Assembly (NCBI GenBank): GCA_964016885.1
Contig: OZ024756.1
Coordinates: 2,108,001 to 2,172,000, forward strand
Source: Eledone cirrhosa
Lineage: Eukaryota
Reading direction: 5' to 3'
Length of the DNA stretch: 64,000 bases
This document shows, piece after piece, positions 14,149 through 27,534 of this stretch. The position numbers were made by a program, and so were the translations under genes. Each line of letters opens with the position of its first letter. The stretch's first letter is position 1. Below the pieces are notes generated by a model. It was not told where the DNA came from, made no database searches, and saw only the letters and a program-made list of their open reading frames with translations.

Positions 14149-14687
14149 TAAGAACTAGGACGTGACTAATTTGACTTATTTAGATGTCTGAACAAGTATT
14201 TTTTCGTCCGATCTGCTGATATTTCCATAGGAGGCCAATACTGAAATGCTGCAATATTCTAATGTATCCCTAGTTAAGCTGTTCGACGCCATCTTTCTTA
14301 GCAGATTAAGACTGACAACTAATTCCCGCCTTCTTGTCAGTGGAGAGTCTGCCTTTTACATCATATCACTAGAGTTCCTTCTCTCACTTAGTCACGCTCA
14401 ACCACGCTCAGCCACGCACCACTTTCAGCCGCCGATCAATAATAAGATATTAGCTGTATGTTGTATGACTATGCTATGTTATATGTGTGTGTGTGTGTGT
14501 GTGTGTATGCGTGCGTGTGTGTGTGGATAGGCCTGTGTGTGTAAGTCTAGAACCGTGTTTGTCTGTGCACCCGTCCATGTGTATGTGTATGTGTGTGTGT
14601 GTGTGTGTGTGTGTCCGTATCCTACTATTGTTATATATAATCATATCTTACACTAAATCTAGTGTGGTCTTGAGAAATGTATGGTTC

Positions 14688-14731
<44 letters not shown>

Positions 14732-14947
14732 CTGTATGTGTGTGTGTATATATAAATATATACATATATATATATAAATATATATATATAAGTAATATAC
14801 GTACATACATATATGTATACAGACGTACAGTAGTATGTATATATATACATACATGCACACATATATATATATATGTATGGGTTTACCGAACATTTATTAC
14901 AGTGTTCGGCAACCATCGTTGCCCTTTTGTTCAACACTGACTAAGGA

Positions 14948-14990
14948 ACGATGAACTAGTTTCTAGCTTATTAGCTGTCATCAGCACCGT
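14948..14990 (-). ncRNA. Minimal type I hammerhead ribozyme motif (family c)
   Basis: acggtg-CTGATGA-cAGCT aata AGCTa-GAAA-ctag-TT-catcgt. Confidence 0.75.
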
Positions 14991-15050
14991 ATACATTACT
15001 GTCAGTCGATTGAACGTTTGAAAGTATATACTTTCCTTATATATATACAT

Positions 15051-15115
<65 letters not shown>

Positions 15116-15233
15116 CTGGTCGCCCGAGAAACAATTGTAATATGTCCAATAAAAATTCCTTTCGTCGCAACACTGATTCTCTTTTTTCTGCATTATATAT
15201 ATATGCATGTATATATATATATGTATATATATG

Positions 15234-15302
<69 letters not shown>

Positions 15303-15339
15303 ATATATATATATGAAATATATATATATATATATATGA

Positions 15340-15503
15340 AATAATTAAGTCAAATATGTAAAATTTGGCTTCGTTTATTATAAATTATAAATATACTACT
15401 ATATATATTTCGGTGACAGACAATGATGGCTCGAAATATATATAGCAGTATATCTATAATTTATAATAAACGAAGCCAAATTTTACATATTTGACTTAAT
15501 TAT
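15340..15503. mobile_element. Fold-back unit carrying the 3' half of a hammerhead motif on both arms
   Basis: ATAATTAAGTCAAATATG...TATATATTTCG vs CGAAATATATATAG...CATATTTGACTTAATTAT. Confidence 0.65.
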
Positions 15504-15602
15504 CTTACATTACTCCGGAGTAAACAAACCAACCTGCGTACTCCGTCGAGTGCTCCAATCTGCATACTTTGGGCCCGGTAAACAACCAGCATATACTACA
15601 AA

Positions 15603-15658
<56 letters not shown>

Positions 15659-16602
15659 GAAAAGTATAGTAATGTATAGAAATTGTTGTAGCGAGAAGCT
15701 AACAGTATTCCATAACACATAGAGCAAATAATCGCTGCTTTTACCCTTACAAGCAGCGATTCTTTGCTTAAACTTTAATCTGTTATATATATATATATAT
15801 ATATGAAAAAATGGGGAGAAGAATACTGCTGGTTGCACATGGATAACATGTAATAAAATAAGTCCCTCATCAGTGATTTGCCGACGATCATAGATATTTC
15901 ATTGCATTAAAAATCATATACCTTACGTCGGTGCAATAAAAACTAAATTAAGTTATTAGGACAATTAAAACGCGTAAAGCGAGTGAGACAAGATAACAAC
16001 AAAGAGGAGAGCTAACCGTAGAAGGAATGGAACAAGCTACATAGTTATTCTGTTAGCATAAGCTAGGTGAATATATGAGCGCTTAGAAAAAAGACCTTTC
16101 AGGAACGAATTCAAATGTGAGAAAGAGAGAAAATGTTTTCGTCGCGAACGGGGTGAAGTGAGAAGAGGAGAAACAGTGAGTGAGTGAAAGTGTGAGGAAG
16201 AGGTAACTGACATGACAGAGGGGGCGAAAGAAAGTAGGAGAAACAGAGAGAACGAGGGAGCAGTAAGAGAGAGAGAGAAAAAAAAACGGAATCGCAGTTT
16301 AGGTAAATATATGTGAAAAAATGGGGAGAAGAATACTGCAGGTTGCACATGGATAACATGTAATAAAATAAGTCCCTCATCAGTGATTTGCCGACGATCA
16401 TATCCTCATCAGTGATAGATATATATAACAGATTAAAGTTTAAGCAAAGAATCGCTGCTTGTTAAGGGTGAAAGCAGCGATTATTTGCTCTAGGGTTCTT
16501 ATATATTTGTCCTTATATATATATATTTATCATATATATTTATCATATATATTTATCCTTATCGAGCCCCCTTTGGATTTTACTCTTCACATTTATTATT
16601 AT

Positions 16603-16647
<45 letters not shown>

Positions 16648-16746
16648 GAGATGTCAACATGACTGGACCTGTTATTTTTATCTAAAGACATTTGTTTTCA
16701 CATTCCAGCCCGCCCATCCCTTCAATATACCTTATTTCTGATTCTT

Positions 16747-16782
16747 TCTTCTGATGAATGACTAGCGTCCGAAACGTTAAGA
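16747..16782 (+). ncRNA. Hammerhead ribozyme motif (family a)
   Basis: tctt-CTGATGA-atGAC tagc GTCc-GAAACGTT-aaga. Confidence 0.65.
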
Positions 16783-17162
16783 CCCGCTTCCTGCTATATC
16801 AAGCGTTAACCTAATATATCCCTTCCATATACTGTTCTGATTGTGTTGTTATTTCTGTTTACCTTTTATATATTTTTTGTCTATTGTTAACGGAAGTGTA
16901 TGCATATTACTACGTCCGTGTGTGTGCGAGTGTGTATATGTGTGTGTACGTGTGTGTACGAGTGTGTCTGTTCCGTTGTGTGCGTGTTCTAAGTAGCGTG
17001 TCTATGTTTATTTCGATAATGTGTGTGTGTTTTTTGTTGTTGTTGCGTAGTGTTGGTGTGTGTACGTGTGTTTATGTGTGAGTGTGTGAGAATGTATGTG
17101 TGAGTTGGTGTGTATTATCAATGTGTATGTTTGGTGTGTTTATTATGTGTAATATATGTGTT

Positions 17163-17193
<31 letters not shown>

Positions 17194-18089
17194 ATGAGTG
17201 TGTATATGTGTGCGGTTATATATGTGTGTGTGTATGTGTGCGTGTGTATGAATGTGTATGTGTATGTGCATCTATGAGTGAGTATATGTGTGCGTATATA
17301 TATGTGTGAGTGTGTATGTGTGAGAGTGTGTATGTGCCTATGTATGTGTGTGTATCTGTGTGTAAGTCTGTCTGCGTATTGTTGTGAGTCTCTCTCTCTC
17401 CCTCTCCCCCCTTTCCCTCCCCCTATCTCCCTCCTATGCACCTCGCTCTCCCCCTCTCCAGCTCTCCCACTTTACCCCCCTTTATCCTCCCCTTTATCTC
17501 CCCCTTTCTCTCCCCCTCTCCCTCCCAATATCTCCCTCCTCTGCCCCTTCCTGACCCCACCCCTCTATGTGTCTATTTCCCTTACATTAATACATCTACA
17601 TGTTTAACTGTGTGATTACAGTAAAATGGTGTAATCTGATTGGTTGGTTGGTTATTTCGTCATTTGTCTTGTTAACCTCCCGCCATTGTTGTCGTCTGCT
17701 TACAAACCTGAATAAAACTTAACATACAATTGCTTCGTTAGTCACACAATTCTATTCCTAATAAACCTTACTGATTGTTTATCGATCAATTCAGTGATTT
17801 TTTTTTTTTGTGTGTGTGTGGGGAGAGTTAGTCTTGATTGTTGGTTTCTTGGTTGGTTTCTTTGTATTTTTATAATTATTACATTTATTGTTGATGATGT
17901 TGTTGTTGTTGTTGTGTGCCTTTTTGACAGTAGCATCAACAAATGTACGTATATACACATGTATACGTGTATATATACACACACACACATATATATAAAT
18001 ACATATAGATATATAGATATATACATGTATATTATATAGATATATACATGTATATTATATAGATATATACATGTATATTATATATTTTT

Positions 18090-18140
<51 letters not shown>

Positions 18141-18219
18141 AATAGGGAGAGAGAGAGATGTGAGTGTGTGTGAACATATATATATCTGAATGTCTGTGAC
18201 TGTGTGTATGTACGTATAC

Positions 18220-18254
<35 letters not shown>

Positions 18255-18318
18255 TTGTGGTGTATAAATTATATATATATATGTGTGTGTGTGTGTATGT
18301 ATGTGTTTATGGTGTATA

Positions 18319-18363
<45 letters not shown>

Positions 18364-18459
18364 GTGTATAGAGAGAGGTTAGTGGGAGAAAGAATAGGAG
18401 GAGAGAGAGAGAGAGAGAGAGGGGGTGGTGGTAGTGGGTGAAAGAATAGGAGGAGAGAG

Positions 18460-18522
<63 letters not shown>

Positions 18523-18897
18523 CAGTGGGTGAAAGAATAGGAGAAGGGAGCGAGGGGTAGCTGAGAGGGAGTTAGATGTACACAATGAACTCGTTATGAG
18601 GTAAACCAGTTTTCTCCAGGAATAATTCGTTCCATGAACCAGATGTACGTCAGATGGGTGTGGCCTGGCACTGGGAAAACATGGCGTCTTTTAGCTATAT
18701 CTGCCCCCACTACTACATATTCGACCATTAGTATTCCTCATGTGGTGCCGGTTTAAACGTACATGCCGTATACACGCTGGAAGCCGGAGTGGGGATATTA
18801 TATCTAAATATTTGTAGCTGCTGTTCCCACTTCGCTTGGATTGGGTTGGACTTTATCTATCTAACTGTCCGTCTCTCTCTCTATATATATATATATA

Positions 18898-19088
18898 TAG
18901 GAACGAGTAGGACCCCGACGGCTGAGCTCAAGCCGTTTCGACGGCTAATTCTGGACTGAATTAGCCGTCGAAACGGCCTGAGCTCAGCCGTCGGTGTCCT
19001 ACTCGTTCCTATTACCCACTCTACTACCCTAAGTATTGAGTACTTTGGTGCGTTATGGTCCATCTGGTTCCTTACCACATTTCCTTCG

Positions 19089-19090
<2 letters not shown>
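18898..19090 (+). mobile_element. Fold-back PLE-type terminal fragment; relatives at 10890, 20515, 20662, 34215 and 40757
   Basis: Inverted arms 18898-18950 and 18958-19012 with GAAAC-ggc..gcc-GTC (hammerhead 3' half), then the shared tail CCCTAAGTATTGAGTACTTTGGTGCGTTATGGTCC ending at (TA)n. Confidence 0.65.
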
Positions 19091-19122
<32 letters not shown>

Positions 19123-19246
19123 GTGGAACACTGGAAGGTAATATCCGTAGTGGTAGAGTACTCAGTCCCAGGGACGAGTTAGGTAGAAGTGGTTACACAA
19201 CAGTTAGTTCACCATACCGAGAACAATGGTTTCACCCTCGCGGACC

Positions 19247-19286
19247 CCGAGCTGAGGATCCGCGAAGGTGAAACAATTGTTCTCGG
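19247..19286 (+). ncRNA. Hammerhead ribozyme motif (family d) at the centre of fold-back 19187-19317
   Basis: ccgag-CTGAGGA-tcc gcgaa ggt-GAAAC-aatt-GTT-ctcgg. Confidence 0.7.
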
Positions 19287-19325
19287 TATGGTGAACTAAC
19301 TGTTGTGTAACCACTTATATATATG

Positions 19326-19398
<73 letters not shown>

Positions 19399-20186
19399 TT
19401 TACGTATCGAGAAAGAGAAAAAAAGGGGGGATAGGTGATACATATAGTTATTTGCCAAGTAGCGTATGCCAAAGGTGTTCGATACTAGTGCCGGCAGTAT
19501 TAAATATTCGAAGTGTTAATATTTAGTGGGCTAGAGAGTTAGCAGAACGTAAGCACGTAGGAAAGTAAAAAATCGGAGAATAGACCGTTAAAACATGTTT
19601 ATTTAAAATATCACCTACGTACGTTTCGCCTAGTTGGGCTTCTCAAGGGCATAAATAATCACAAGTGTTCCTTATATTGCTCGGAAAGAGTTTTTGGGGT
19701 TAAATCCACATCAAGGTTCATTGCCCGCAAAAATATCTTGTTTTGATTTTGCAGCAGGTCAAGGGAGGTAACTCTGGCCGGTGTTAGGGCAGTCTTTCCC
19801 GGACAAATTTTTTTGGTGTGTATAAGACGTGTAGAGGAATGAAAGAAAGAGTATAAAGGATTAAATAAAAATAACAACACGCATCTCAACGTACACCCAC
19901 TCACATCTCTCTCTCTCAACCACCGGATTTTGTTACCCGGAGATTTACCCATTTGCATTGTCGAGGCTTCCAAACGACTTTAAGATATTTACCTACTATT
20001 CCACAATGCTTCAAGCAAACTTCAATACTCTCATATATATATATATATATTAAATAAATGGAAACTATATTTATAAAACCATATTTATTTTATTATATAT
20101 ATTTCACTGGATAGACTATCCAGTGAATTTCCGACCGATAAGGTATGATTTCCATGGGTACGTCTTTATTTTTAAAACAAACTTTG

Positions 20187-20251
20187 TATTTTATCTGATG
20201 AAAGCGCACCAAGGTTGGGTTGGTTGCCCTTGAAATATATATAATAAAATA
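20187..20251 (+). ncRNA. Hammerhead ribozyme motif (family e) in fold-back unit 20048-20292
   Basis: tattttat-CTGATGA-aag..ctt-GAAA-tatata-TA-ataaaata. Confidence 0.75.
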
Positions 20252-20405
20252 AATATGGTTTTATAAATATAGTTTCCATTTATTTAATATAATGGAATAT
20301 TTACTCCAGTATTCTATTGAGTGCTCTAAATCACTTATAAACATTTATGTTTGTCGGAATTCCAACAAATTAAATACAACTTATATATATATATACACAT
20401 ACATA

Positions 20406-20463
<58 letters not shown>

Positions 20464-20617
20464 GTGTGTGTGTGTGTATGGAAGTTTATGTGTATGTATA
20501 TATATATAGAAACAAGTCTAATCCCGACAGCAGAGCTCAAGCCGTTTCGACGGGCTATAAGTATTGAGTACTCTGGTGCGTTATGGTCCATCTGGTTCCT
20601 TACCACACCTCCTTCGT

Positions 20618-20664
<47 letters not shown>

Positions 20665-20923
20665 AAAGAGTCAGGACCCCGACGGCTGAGCTCCGGCCGT
20701 TTTGACAGCTAGAGTCGAAAGTCCGGATCTAGCTGTCGAAACGGCCGGAGCTCAGCCGTCGGGTCCTGACTCTTTTCCTATTACCAACTCTACTACCCTA
20801 AGTATTGAGTACTCTGGTGCGTTATGCTCCACCCGGTGTCTTACCACATCCTTTTTGTTATATATATAAATATGTGTGTATGTATGTATGTATGTATGTA
20901 TGTCTATGTGTGTATGTATGTAT

Positions 20924-21077
20924 GTCAATAATTGTCACAAGTGTAGTGTTTGTACCAGAGTTTTCAAGTCGCTGCCTGGACTAAAAAGTCACACTCGTTC
21001 AGCGCATCGGTAGGGGTTCTCCTACATGGATATAAAGTAGTGGCTGTACTCGAAAACAAGTTGGCAGCCACCACCAT
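20924..21077 (+). mobile_element. 3' fragment of bipartite RTE-like family A
   Basis: Ends GTACTCGAAAACAAGTTGGCAGCCACCA followed by (TGTA)n. Confidence 0.75.
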
Positions 21078-21387
21078 GTATGTATGTTCGTCTGGTTTTA
21101 TAATTTCACAAATTTTTCCCAATAGAGAGAGAGTCGGTTTCTAATTGGAATTTACACATCAACTAGGAAGATATGTCTGCATGTCGGCATGCATGCATGT
21201 GTAGGTATGGATGTTATTGTATGTGTGGATGTGTACGTTTTGAATTGTATATGTGCATGTGTATATGTTTTGTATCTGTACATGTGTATATGCATATATG
21301 CAGTTATTAGATGCAAAATATGATTGTATGTATGTATGTATGTATGTATGTATGTATGTATGTATGTATGTATGTATGTATGTATAT

Positions 21388-21983
21388 GTCAGGTCACCAG
21401 TTGGTGCTACTGGTAACATGTATCCCAGTACAACCTGTCTCATGGTCGGGTCGTTGGCGACTAAACTGGCACCCCACCAAGGTTTCTTGGTGAGGAGGTG
21501 ACTTTGGACATCCTGCAGGACTAAAAACAAAACCTGTCAAAGGGCAAAGGAATTCTTAAGAGTCAATGGCCAACCAAAATCACCGGGAGAGAAGACCCCT
21601 TAGCCTTTGTCAAGGCAGAATTCTAGGAGAAGGAAAACTCTGATATAACACCTGCAACTCTGATGGTATCCAATGTTCTTCTTTTTGGTAAATATCATCT
21701 TGGTTAAGAGAGTGGGACTGGCTTTGTGCAGTGCCTTTGCTCACTATAAAAGCTTCACGGCACAGGCATTGCTTTATATCTGGAGATCTATCTGCACTTG
21801 TCGTCACTTGGTACCATTGGCCCAGCACTATGTGTCAATAATTGTCACAAGTGTAGTGATTGTGCCAGAGTTTTCAAGTCGCTGGCTGGACTAAAATGTC
21901 ACACTCGTTCAGCGCATCGGTAGGAGTTCTCCTACATGGATATAAAGTAGTGGCCGTACTCGAAAACGAGTTGGCAGCCACCA
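21388..21983 (+). mobile_element. Bipartite non-autonomous RTE-like retroposon, family A, ~600 bp
   Basis: The 5' part resembles an RTE 5'UTR (CTAGGAGAAGGAAAACTCTGAT). The 3' part encodes a zinc-finger-like ORF end ([26 protein letters not shown]), followed by a (TATG)n tail. Five copies in the window. Confidence 0.7.
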
Positions 21984-22076
21984 TGTATGTATGTATGTAT
22001 GTATGTATGTATGCATGTATGTATGTATGTATGTATGTATGTATGTGTGCGTATGTATGTATGTATATATATATAT

Positions 22077-22760
22077 GTCGCATGGTCTGGTCGTCGGCGA
22101 CTAAACCAGCATCCCCACCAAGTTTACTTGATGAGGAGGGTGATTTTGGACACCCTGCAGGACAAATAACAAAACCTGACAAAGGGCGGAAGAACTCTTA
22201 AGAGTCAACGGCCATCCAAAAGTGTGTAAATATGTATACACACATGTACCGTGCGGTTAAACTACTGAGAGTGAAGGACCCCTAGCCTTTGTCAGGGCAT
22301 TCTTCTAGGAGAAGGCAACTCAGGAAACTGGGATAACTCCGATATAAAACCTGCGGCTTAGTAGTAACCGATGATGTTGATCTTTTCTTCTTTTCGGGTT
22401 ATAGCTAGTGTCGCTCAGAGAGTGGGATTGGCTCAGTGCACAGTCTTTCCTCACTTTAAAAAATATCTTCACGTACAGGTATTGCACGATAGAATTAATT
22501 AATTGTTTCTACTTTTGGCACAAGGCCAGCAATTACTCAGTACATTACTGGTACTTTATTTTATCGACCCCGTAAGGATGAAAGGCAAAGTTAACCTCGA
22601 CAGGATTTGAACTCAGACCGCAAAGGGGCGTAACTATGCTGGAAAGTATGTCCGACCCTCTACCGATACTGCCAATTCACCGCCTTTAGAATTAATTAAT
22701 AATTATTAATAATGGTATATCGTGCAATGGCCATACTCGATAAAGAGGGGGCAGCCATCA
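22077..22760 (+). mobile_element. Bipartite RTE-like family B, interrupted by a SINE
   Basis: Homologous to family A (GGCGACTAAAC, CTTAAGAGTCAA, CTAGGAGAAGG, GGCAGCCA end); inverted copy at 53184-53670. Confidence 0.7.
22503..22686 (-). mobile_element. SINE family 1, full length, with ~14-bp target-site duplication
   Basis: TAGAATTAATTAAT on both sides; the empty site is seen at about 53235-53260. Confidence 0.9.
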
Positions 22761-22985
22761 ATATATATATATGTATATATATATGTATATATGTATGCAT
22801 GTATATATGTATTTTTATAAGTATGTATTTATATAAGTGTATACGTATATAAGTGTGTACTGCCACTCTAAATTCTGTAATGAATGTTGACCCACAATGT
22901 TTGAATATGTATCAATGTTTGAATACGTATCGGTATGTCTCTCGGCTGAAAAGGAGGTCATATAACTGTCCATGCATTAATAAAT

Positions 22986-23032
22986 TGCTCCGAAGAATCC
23001 AAACCTCGGTTTGGAGGAAACAGCTGTAAGCA
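22986..23032 (+). ncRNA. Hammerhead-like motif with CCGAAGA core (family f)
   Basis: tgct-CCGAAGA-aTCCAAAC ctcg GTTTGGAg-GAAAC-agct-GTA-agca. Confidence 0.75.
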
Positions 23033-23193
23033 CAATAATGTTTTGAACAGTTCTTTGATTTTTATATCTCATAAGTGTGTATGTACATTTGTATTGATGG
23101 GTGGATATATGTATATCAGTGCACCCACCCAATCCACCCATCCACCCACACACCCACTCATTTATTACATTACCTGGCATCCGACGCCATGTT

Positions 23194-23480
23194 TTGAGTT
23201 CAAATTCCGCCGAGGTTAGCTTTGCCTTTCATCCTTAAGGAGTCGATAAAATAAAGTACCAGTAATATATTGAAGTTGATCTATTCGACTTTTCCACCCC
23301 CCAAATCACTGGTCTTGTGACTAAATCAGAAACCATTATTCTATCATTACAATAATGGTGGGAGATTGGTTTGAGTCGGTAGAGCATCGGACATCCTGCT
23401 TCGCACAAATTAGTTACGTTCCTTTACATTCTGAGTTCCCGCCGAGGTTTGCTGGGGTTGTGCCTAAACCAGAAGTCCTT
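23194..23480 (+). mobile_element. Two partial SINE family 1 copies
   Basis: GAGTTCAAATTCCGCCGAGG..GTCGATAAAATAAAGTACC, then an internally deleted copy from 23355. Confidence 0.75.
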
Positions 23481-23589
23481 ATTATATTATTCATCATTAA
23501 CCTACCTGGCTTTCTGATTCTAGGAATTTGCCAGGGTTGGTAGAAATAGTTGTAGGTAATGGTGACACAATGTATTTGAATGTATTTGA

Positions 23590-24630
23590 ACGGCCTCGAC
23601 CATGCTATGGTCAAACAAATCGAGGAGGGCCTGAAATTGTAGCGCCCCGGCCTCGACCATGCTATGCTCAAACAAATCGAGGAGGGCCTGAAATTGCAGC
23701 ACCCCGGCCTCGACCATGCTATGGTCAAACAAATCGAAGAGGGCCTGAAATTGTAGCACCCCGGCCTCGACCATGCTATGGTCAAACAAATCGAGGAGGG
23801 CCTGAAATTGTAGCGCCCCGGCCTCGACCATGCTATGGTCAAACAAATCGAGGAGGGCCTGAAATTGTAGCGCCCCGGCCTCGACCATGCTAAGGTCAAA
23901 CAAATCGAGGAGGGCCTGAAATTGTAGCACCCCGGCCTCGACCATGCTATGGTCAAACAAATCGAGGAGGTCCTGAAATTGTAGCGCCCCGGCCTCGACC
24001 ATGCTATGGTCAAACAAATCGAGGAGGGCCTGAAATTGTAGCGCCCCGGCCTCGACCATGCTATGGTCAAACAAATCGAGGAGGGCCTGAAATTGTAGCG
24101 CCCCGGCCTCGACCATGCTATGGTCAAACAAATCAAGGAGGGCCTGAAATTGTAGCGCCCCAGCCTCGACCATGCTATGGTCAAACAAATCGAGGAGGGC
24201 CTGAAATTGCAGCGCCCCGGCCTCGACCATGCTATGGTCAAACAAATCGAGGAGGGCCTGAAATTATAGCACCCCGGCCTCGACCATGCTATGCTCAAAC
24301 AAATCGAGGAGGGCCTGAAATTGTAGCGCCCCGGCCTCGACCATGCTATGGTCAAACAAATCGAGGAGGGCCTGAAATTGTAGCGCCCCGGCCTCGACCA
24401 TGCTATGGTCAAACAAATCGAGGAGGGCCTGAAATTGTAGCACCCCGGCCTCGACCATGCTATGGTCAAACAAATCGAGGAGGGCCTGAAATTGTAGCGC
24501 CCCGGCCTCGACCATGCTATGCTCAAACAAATCGAGGAGGGCCTGAAATTGTAGCACCCCGGCCTCGACCATGCTATGCTCAAACAAATCGTGTAGTGCC
24601 TGAAATTGAAGCACCTTGACCTCGACCATA
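23590..24630. repeat. Minisatellite, 57-bp unit x ~18, highly homogeneous
   Basis: CCGGCCTCGACCATGCTATGGTCAAACAAATCGAGGAGGGCCTGAAATTGTAGCGCC repeated without spacers. Confidence 0.97.
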
Positions 24631-24814
24631 CTAAGGTCAGCACCATGGATAGAGAAAGATGCAAGAACATCACCAACGGAGTCGATCATCCAGTGACACC
24701 TATAACAAGGTATTGGTTGAGAGAACAGGCCTCCCCCAATCACCAGAGATCGAAGAAATGTCAAGTGAGTAGAAATGGGTAGATGGAATCTTATTTTAAT
24801 CTCGTCGGATGTAA

Positions 24815-24992
24815 TGTACCTATAATTCAAAGGATCAGATTTCTCAAATACTGCGCCATGCTGAATCTTCCTGAGAATTACGTTAATGATACACGTGTCT
24901 GTGGAATACTCAGCCACGTGCAGGCATAGGTTCACCAGCAGGCTGTTTTGTTTATGTAACAACTGAAATACTCATCGTAGAAACCGACGGAG
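24815..24992 (+). mobile_element. 3' part of SINE-like family 2
   Basis: AATTCAAAG..CCTGAGAATTACG..CATCGTAGAAACCGACGGA aligns by eye with 42750-42925. Confidence 0.6.
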
Positions 24993-24999
24993 ACCTATA

Positions 25000-25615
25000 G
25001 GGGGTGTTGGCGACGACGATGGTGTTGGTGGTGGTATTGGTGATGGTATTGGTATTTGTGGTGGTGTTGGTGTTGTTGTTGGTGTTGGTGGTGGTATTGG
25101 TGGTGGTGTTGGTGATGGTATTTGTGATGGTGGTGGAGTTAGTGTTGGTGTTGGTGTTGTTGGTGTTGTTGTTGTTGTTGTTGGTGTTGGTGGTGGTATT
25201 GGTGGTGGTGGTGGAGTTAGTGTTGGTGGTGGTGGTGTTGTTGTTGGTGTTGGTGTTGGTGGTGGTGTTGGTGGTGGTATTTGTGATGGTGGTGGAGTTA
25301 GTGTTGGTGTTGTTGGTGTTGTTGGTGTTGTTGGTGGTGTTGGTGGTGGTGTTGGTGGTGGTGTTGGAGTTAGTGTTGGTGTTGTTAGTGGTGGGGGGTG
25401 GGTGTAGTGAATGTTAACAGGTGTTGAGAAATCAAGTTGGTGGGGATGGGGAGATGTGGTAATGACAACTACTACTACTGCTACTACTACTACTACTACT
25501 ACTACTACTGCTACTACTACTACTACTGCTGCTACTACTACTACTACTAGTAACTGCTGCTGCTTCTGATACTGCTGTTGCTGCTCTGCTACTACTGCTC
25601 CTGCTACAGCTGCTG

Positions 25616-25646
<31 letters not shown>

Positions 25647-26601
25647 GTGGTGATTGTGGTAGTAGTGGGGTGATGGTTGTGAAGATGGTGGTAGTGTTGG
25701 AAGAGGTAGTGGTGTTGGTGTTGGTGTAAGAGGTGGTAGTGGTGGAGGTTGTGTTGGTCTTGATGTAGGAGGTGGTGGTAGTGGTGGTACTGGTGGTGGT
25801 GGTGGTAGTGTTGGTGTAGGAGGTGGTAGTAGTGGTGGTGGTAGTGTTGTCGTAAGAGGTGGTGGCAGTGTTGGTGTAGGAGGTGGTGGTGTAGGTGGTA
25901 GTGGTGGAGGTTATGTTGGTCTTGGTGTAGGAGGTGGTGATAGTGGTGGTACTGGTGGTGGTGGTAGTGTTGGTGTAGGAGGTGGTAGTAGTGGTAGTGG
26001 TGGAGGTTGTGTTGGTGTAGGAGGTGGTTGTGCAGGTGGTAGTGGTGGAGGTTGTGTTGGTGTAGGAGGTGGTGGTGTAGGTGGTAGTGGTGGAGGTTGT
26101 GTTGGTGTAGGAGGTGGTGGTGTAGTGGTAGTGGTGGAGGTTGTGTTGGTGTAGGAGGTGGTGGTGTAGGTGGTAGTGGTGGAGGTTGTGTTGGTGTAGG
26201 AGGTGGTGGTGTAGGTGGTAGTGGTGGAGGTTGTGTTGGTGTAGGAGGTGGTGGTGTAGGTGGTAGTGGTGGAGGTTGTGTTGGTGTAGGAGGTGGTGGT
26301 GTAGGTGGTAGTGGTGGAGGTTGTGTTGGTGTAGGAGGTGGTGGTGTAGTGGTAGTGGTGGAGGTTGTGTTGGTGTAGGAGGTGGTGGTGTAGGTGGTAG
26401 TGGTGGAGGTTGTGTTGGTGTAGGAGGTGGTGGTGTAGTGGTAGTGGTGGAGGTTGTGTTGGTGTAGGAGGTGGTGGTGTAGGTGGTAGTGGTGGAGGTT
26501 GTGTTGGTGTAGGAGGTGGTGGTGTAGGTGGTAGTGGTGGAGGTTGTGTTGGTGTAGGAGGTGGTGGTGTAGGTGGTAGTGGTGGAGGTTGTGTTGGTGT
26601 T
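25000..26601. repeat. GGT/GTT/TAC trinucleotide-derived tract with a ~45-bp higher-order unit at 26040-26600
   Basis: GGTGGAGGTTGTGTTGGTGTAGGAGGTGGTGGTGTAGGTGGTAGT repeated; some units are 1 nt shorter. Confidence 0.95.
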
Positions 26602-26735
26602 AGTTAAGTTCACTCCACAGATGGCGAATCTCTGTTCTCCGGAAATATAAGTATTTCCACTTCACGTTGGTTCTTATAAACATCCGCTGTTGAAGTCAGT
26701 TCACAATAGTAACGTGAAGCAGTTGCTAAAGTTGG

Positions 26736-27090
26736 CCGCCATTAGAATCTACGTCCATCTCGTGCCAGATGGAAGGACTAGACAATAGTTTCACCGCCAT
26801 TAGAATCTACCCCCACCTCGTGCCAGATGGAAGGGCTAGATAAAATATTACCGCCATTTGAAGCTACCTCCACCTTGTGCCACATGGAAGGACTAGACAA
26901 TAGTTTCACCGCCATTAGAATCTACCCCCACCTCGTGCCAGATGGAAGGGCTAGATAAAGAATTACTGCCATTAGAAGCTACCTCCACCTTGTGCCAGAT
27001 GGAAGGACTAGAAACAGTTGTTCCACCATTAGAATCTAGCTCCACCTTGTGACAGATGGAAGGACTAGATAACACTTGTTCCGCCATTAG
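26736..27090. repeat. Diverged minisatellite, 57/58-bp units x ~6
   Basis: Unit starts at 26736, 26794, 26851, 26909, 26966, 27023 and 27081. Confidence 0.9.
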
Positions 27091-27154
27091 CAGCAGCAGT
27101 CTAAATGGCACGCAGAATTTTAATATTGCCACCAAAACAATGTATATGATGAGC

Positions 27155-27480
27155 CATACCCTATGCACCACACCCTAGGCGGCACACCCTAGGCGGCACA
27201 CCATATGTGACACACCCTATGCAACACACCCTATGTGACACACCCTATGCAACACACCATATGTCACACATCCTATGCACCACACCCTAAAGCCACACAC
27301 CCTGTCACACACCCTATGCATCACACCCTACGCGGCACACCGTATGCATCACACCCTATGCACCAGACCTTATACCGCTCACCCTATGCGCAGACCCTAT
27401 GTATCACACCCTATGCGGCAAACCCTAAGCGGCACAACATAAGCATGACACCCTATGCACCACACCCTATGCGGCACACT
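27155..27480. repeat. Degenerate short-period CACCCTATG repeat
   Basis: Directly visible. Confidence 0.85.
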
Positions 27481-27534
27481 GTCCGAAACATGTTGCCCAT
27501 GTCTGTTGTAGACATAATCAGTCAACCAGTTTAT

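Noticed and set aside
23590-24630. 57-bp array as a CRISPR array or as the 420-aa repeat protein
   Set aside because: There are no unique spacers or cas genes and the context is eukaryotic; several frames are open only because 57 is divisible by 3
24264-24962. 232-aa minus-strand ORF with a non-repetitive N-terminus
   Set aside because: Its N-terminal part is antisense SINE family 2 sequence and its C-terminal part is the 57-bp array
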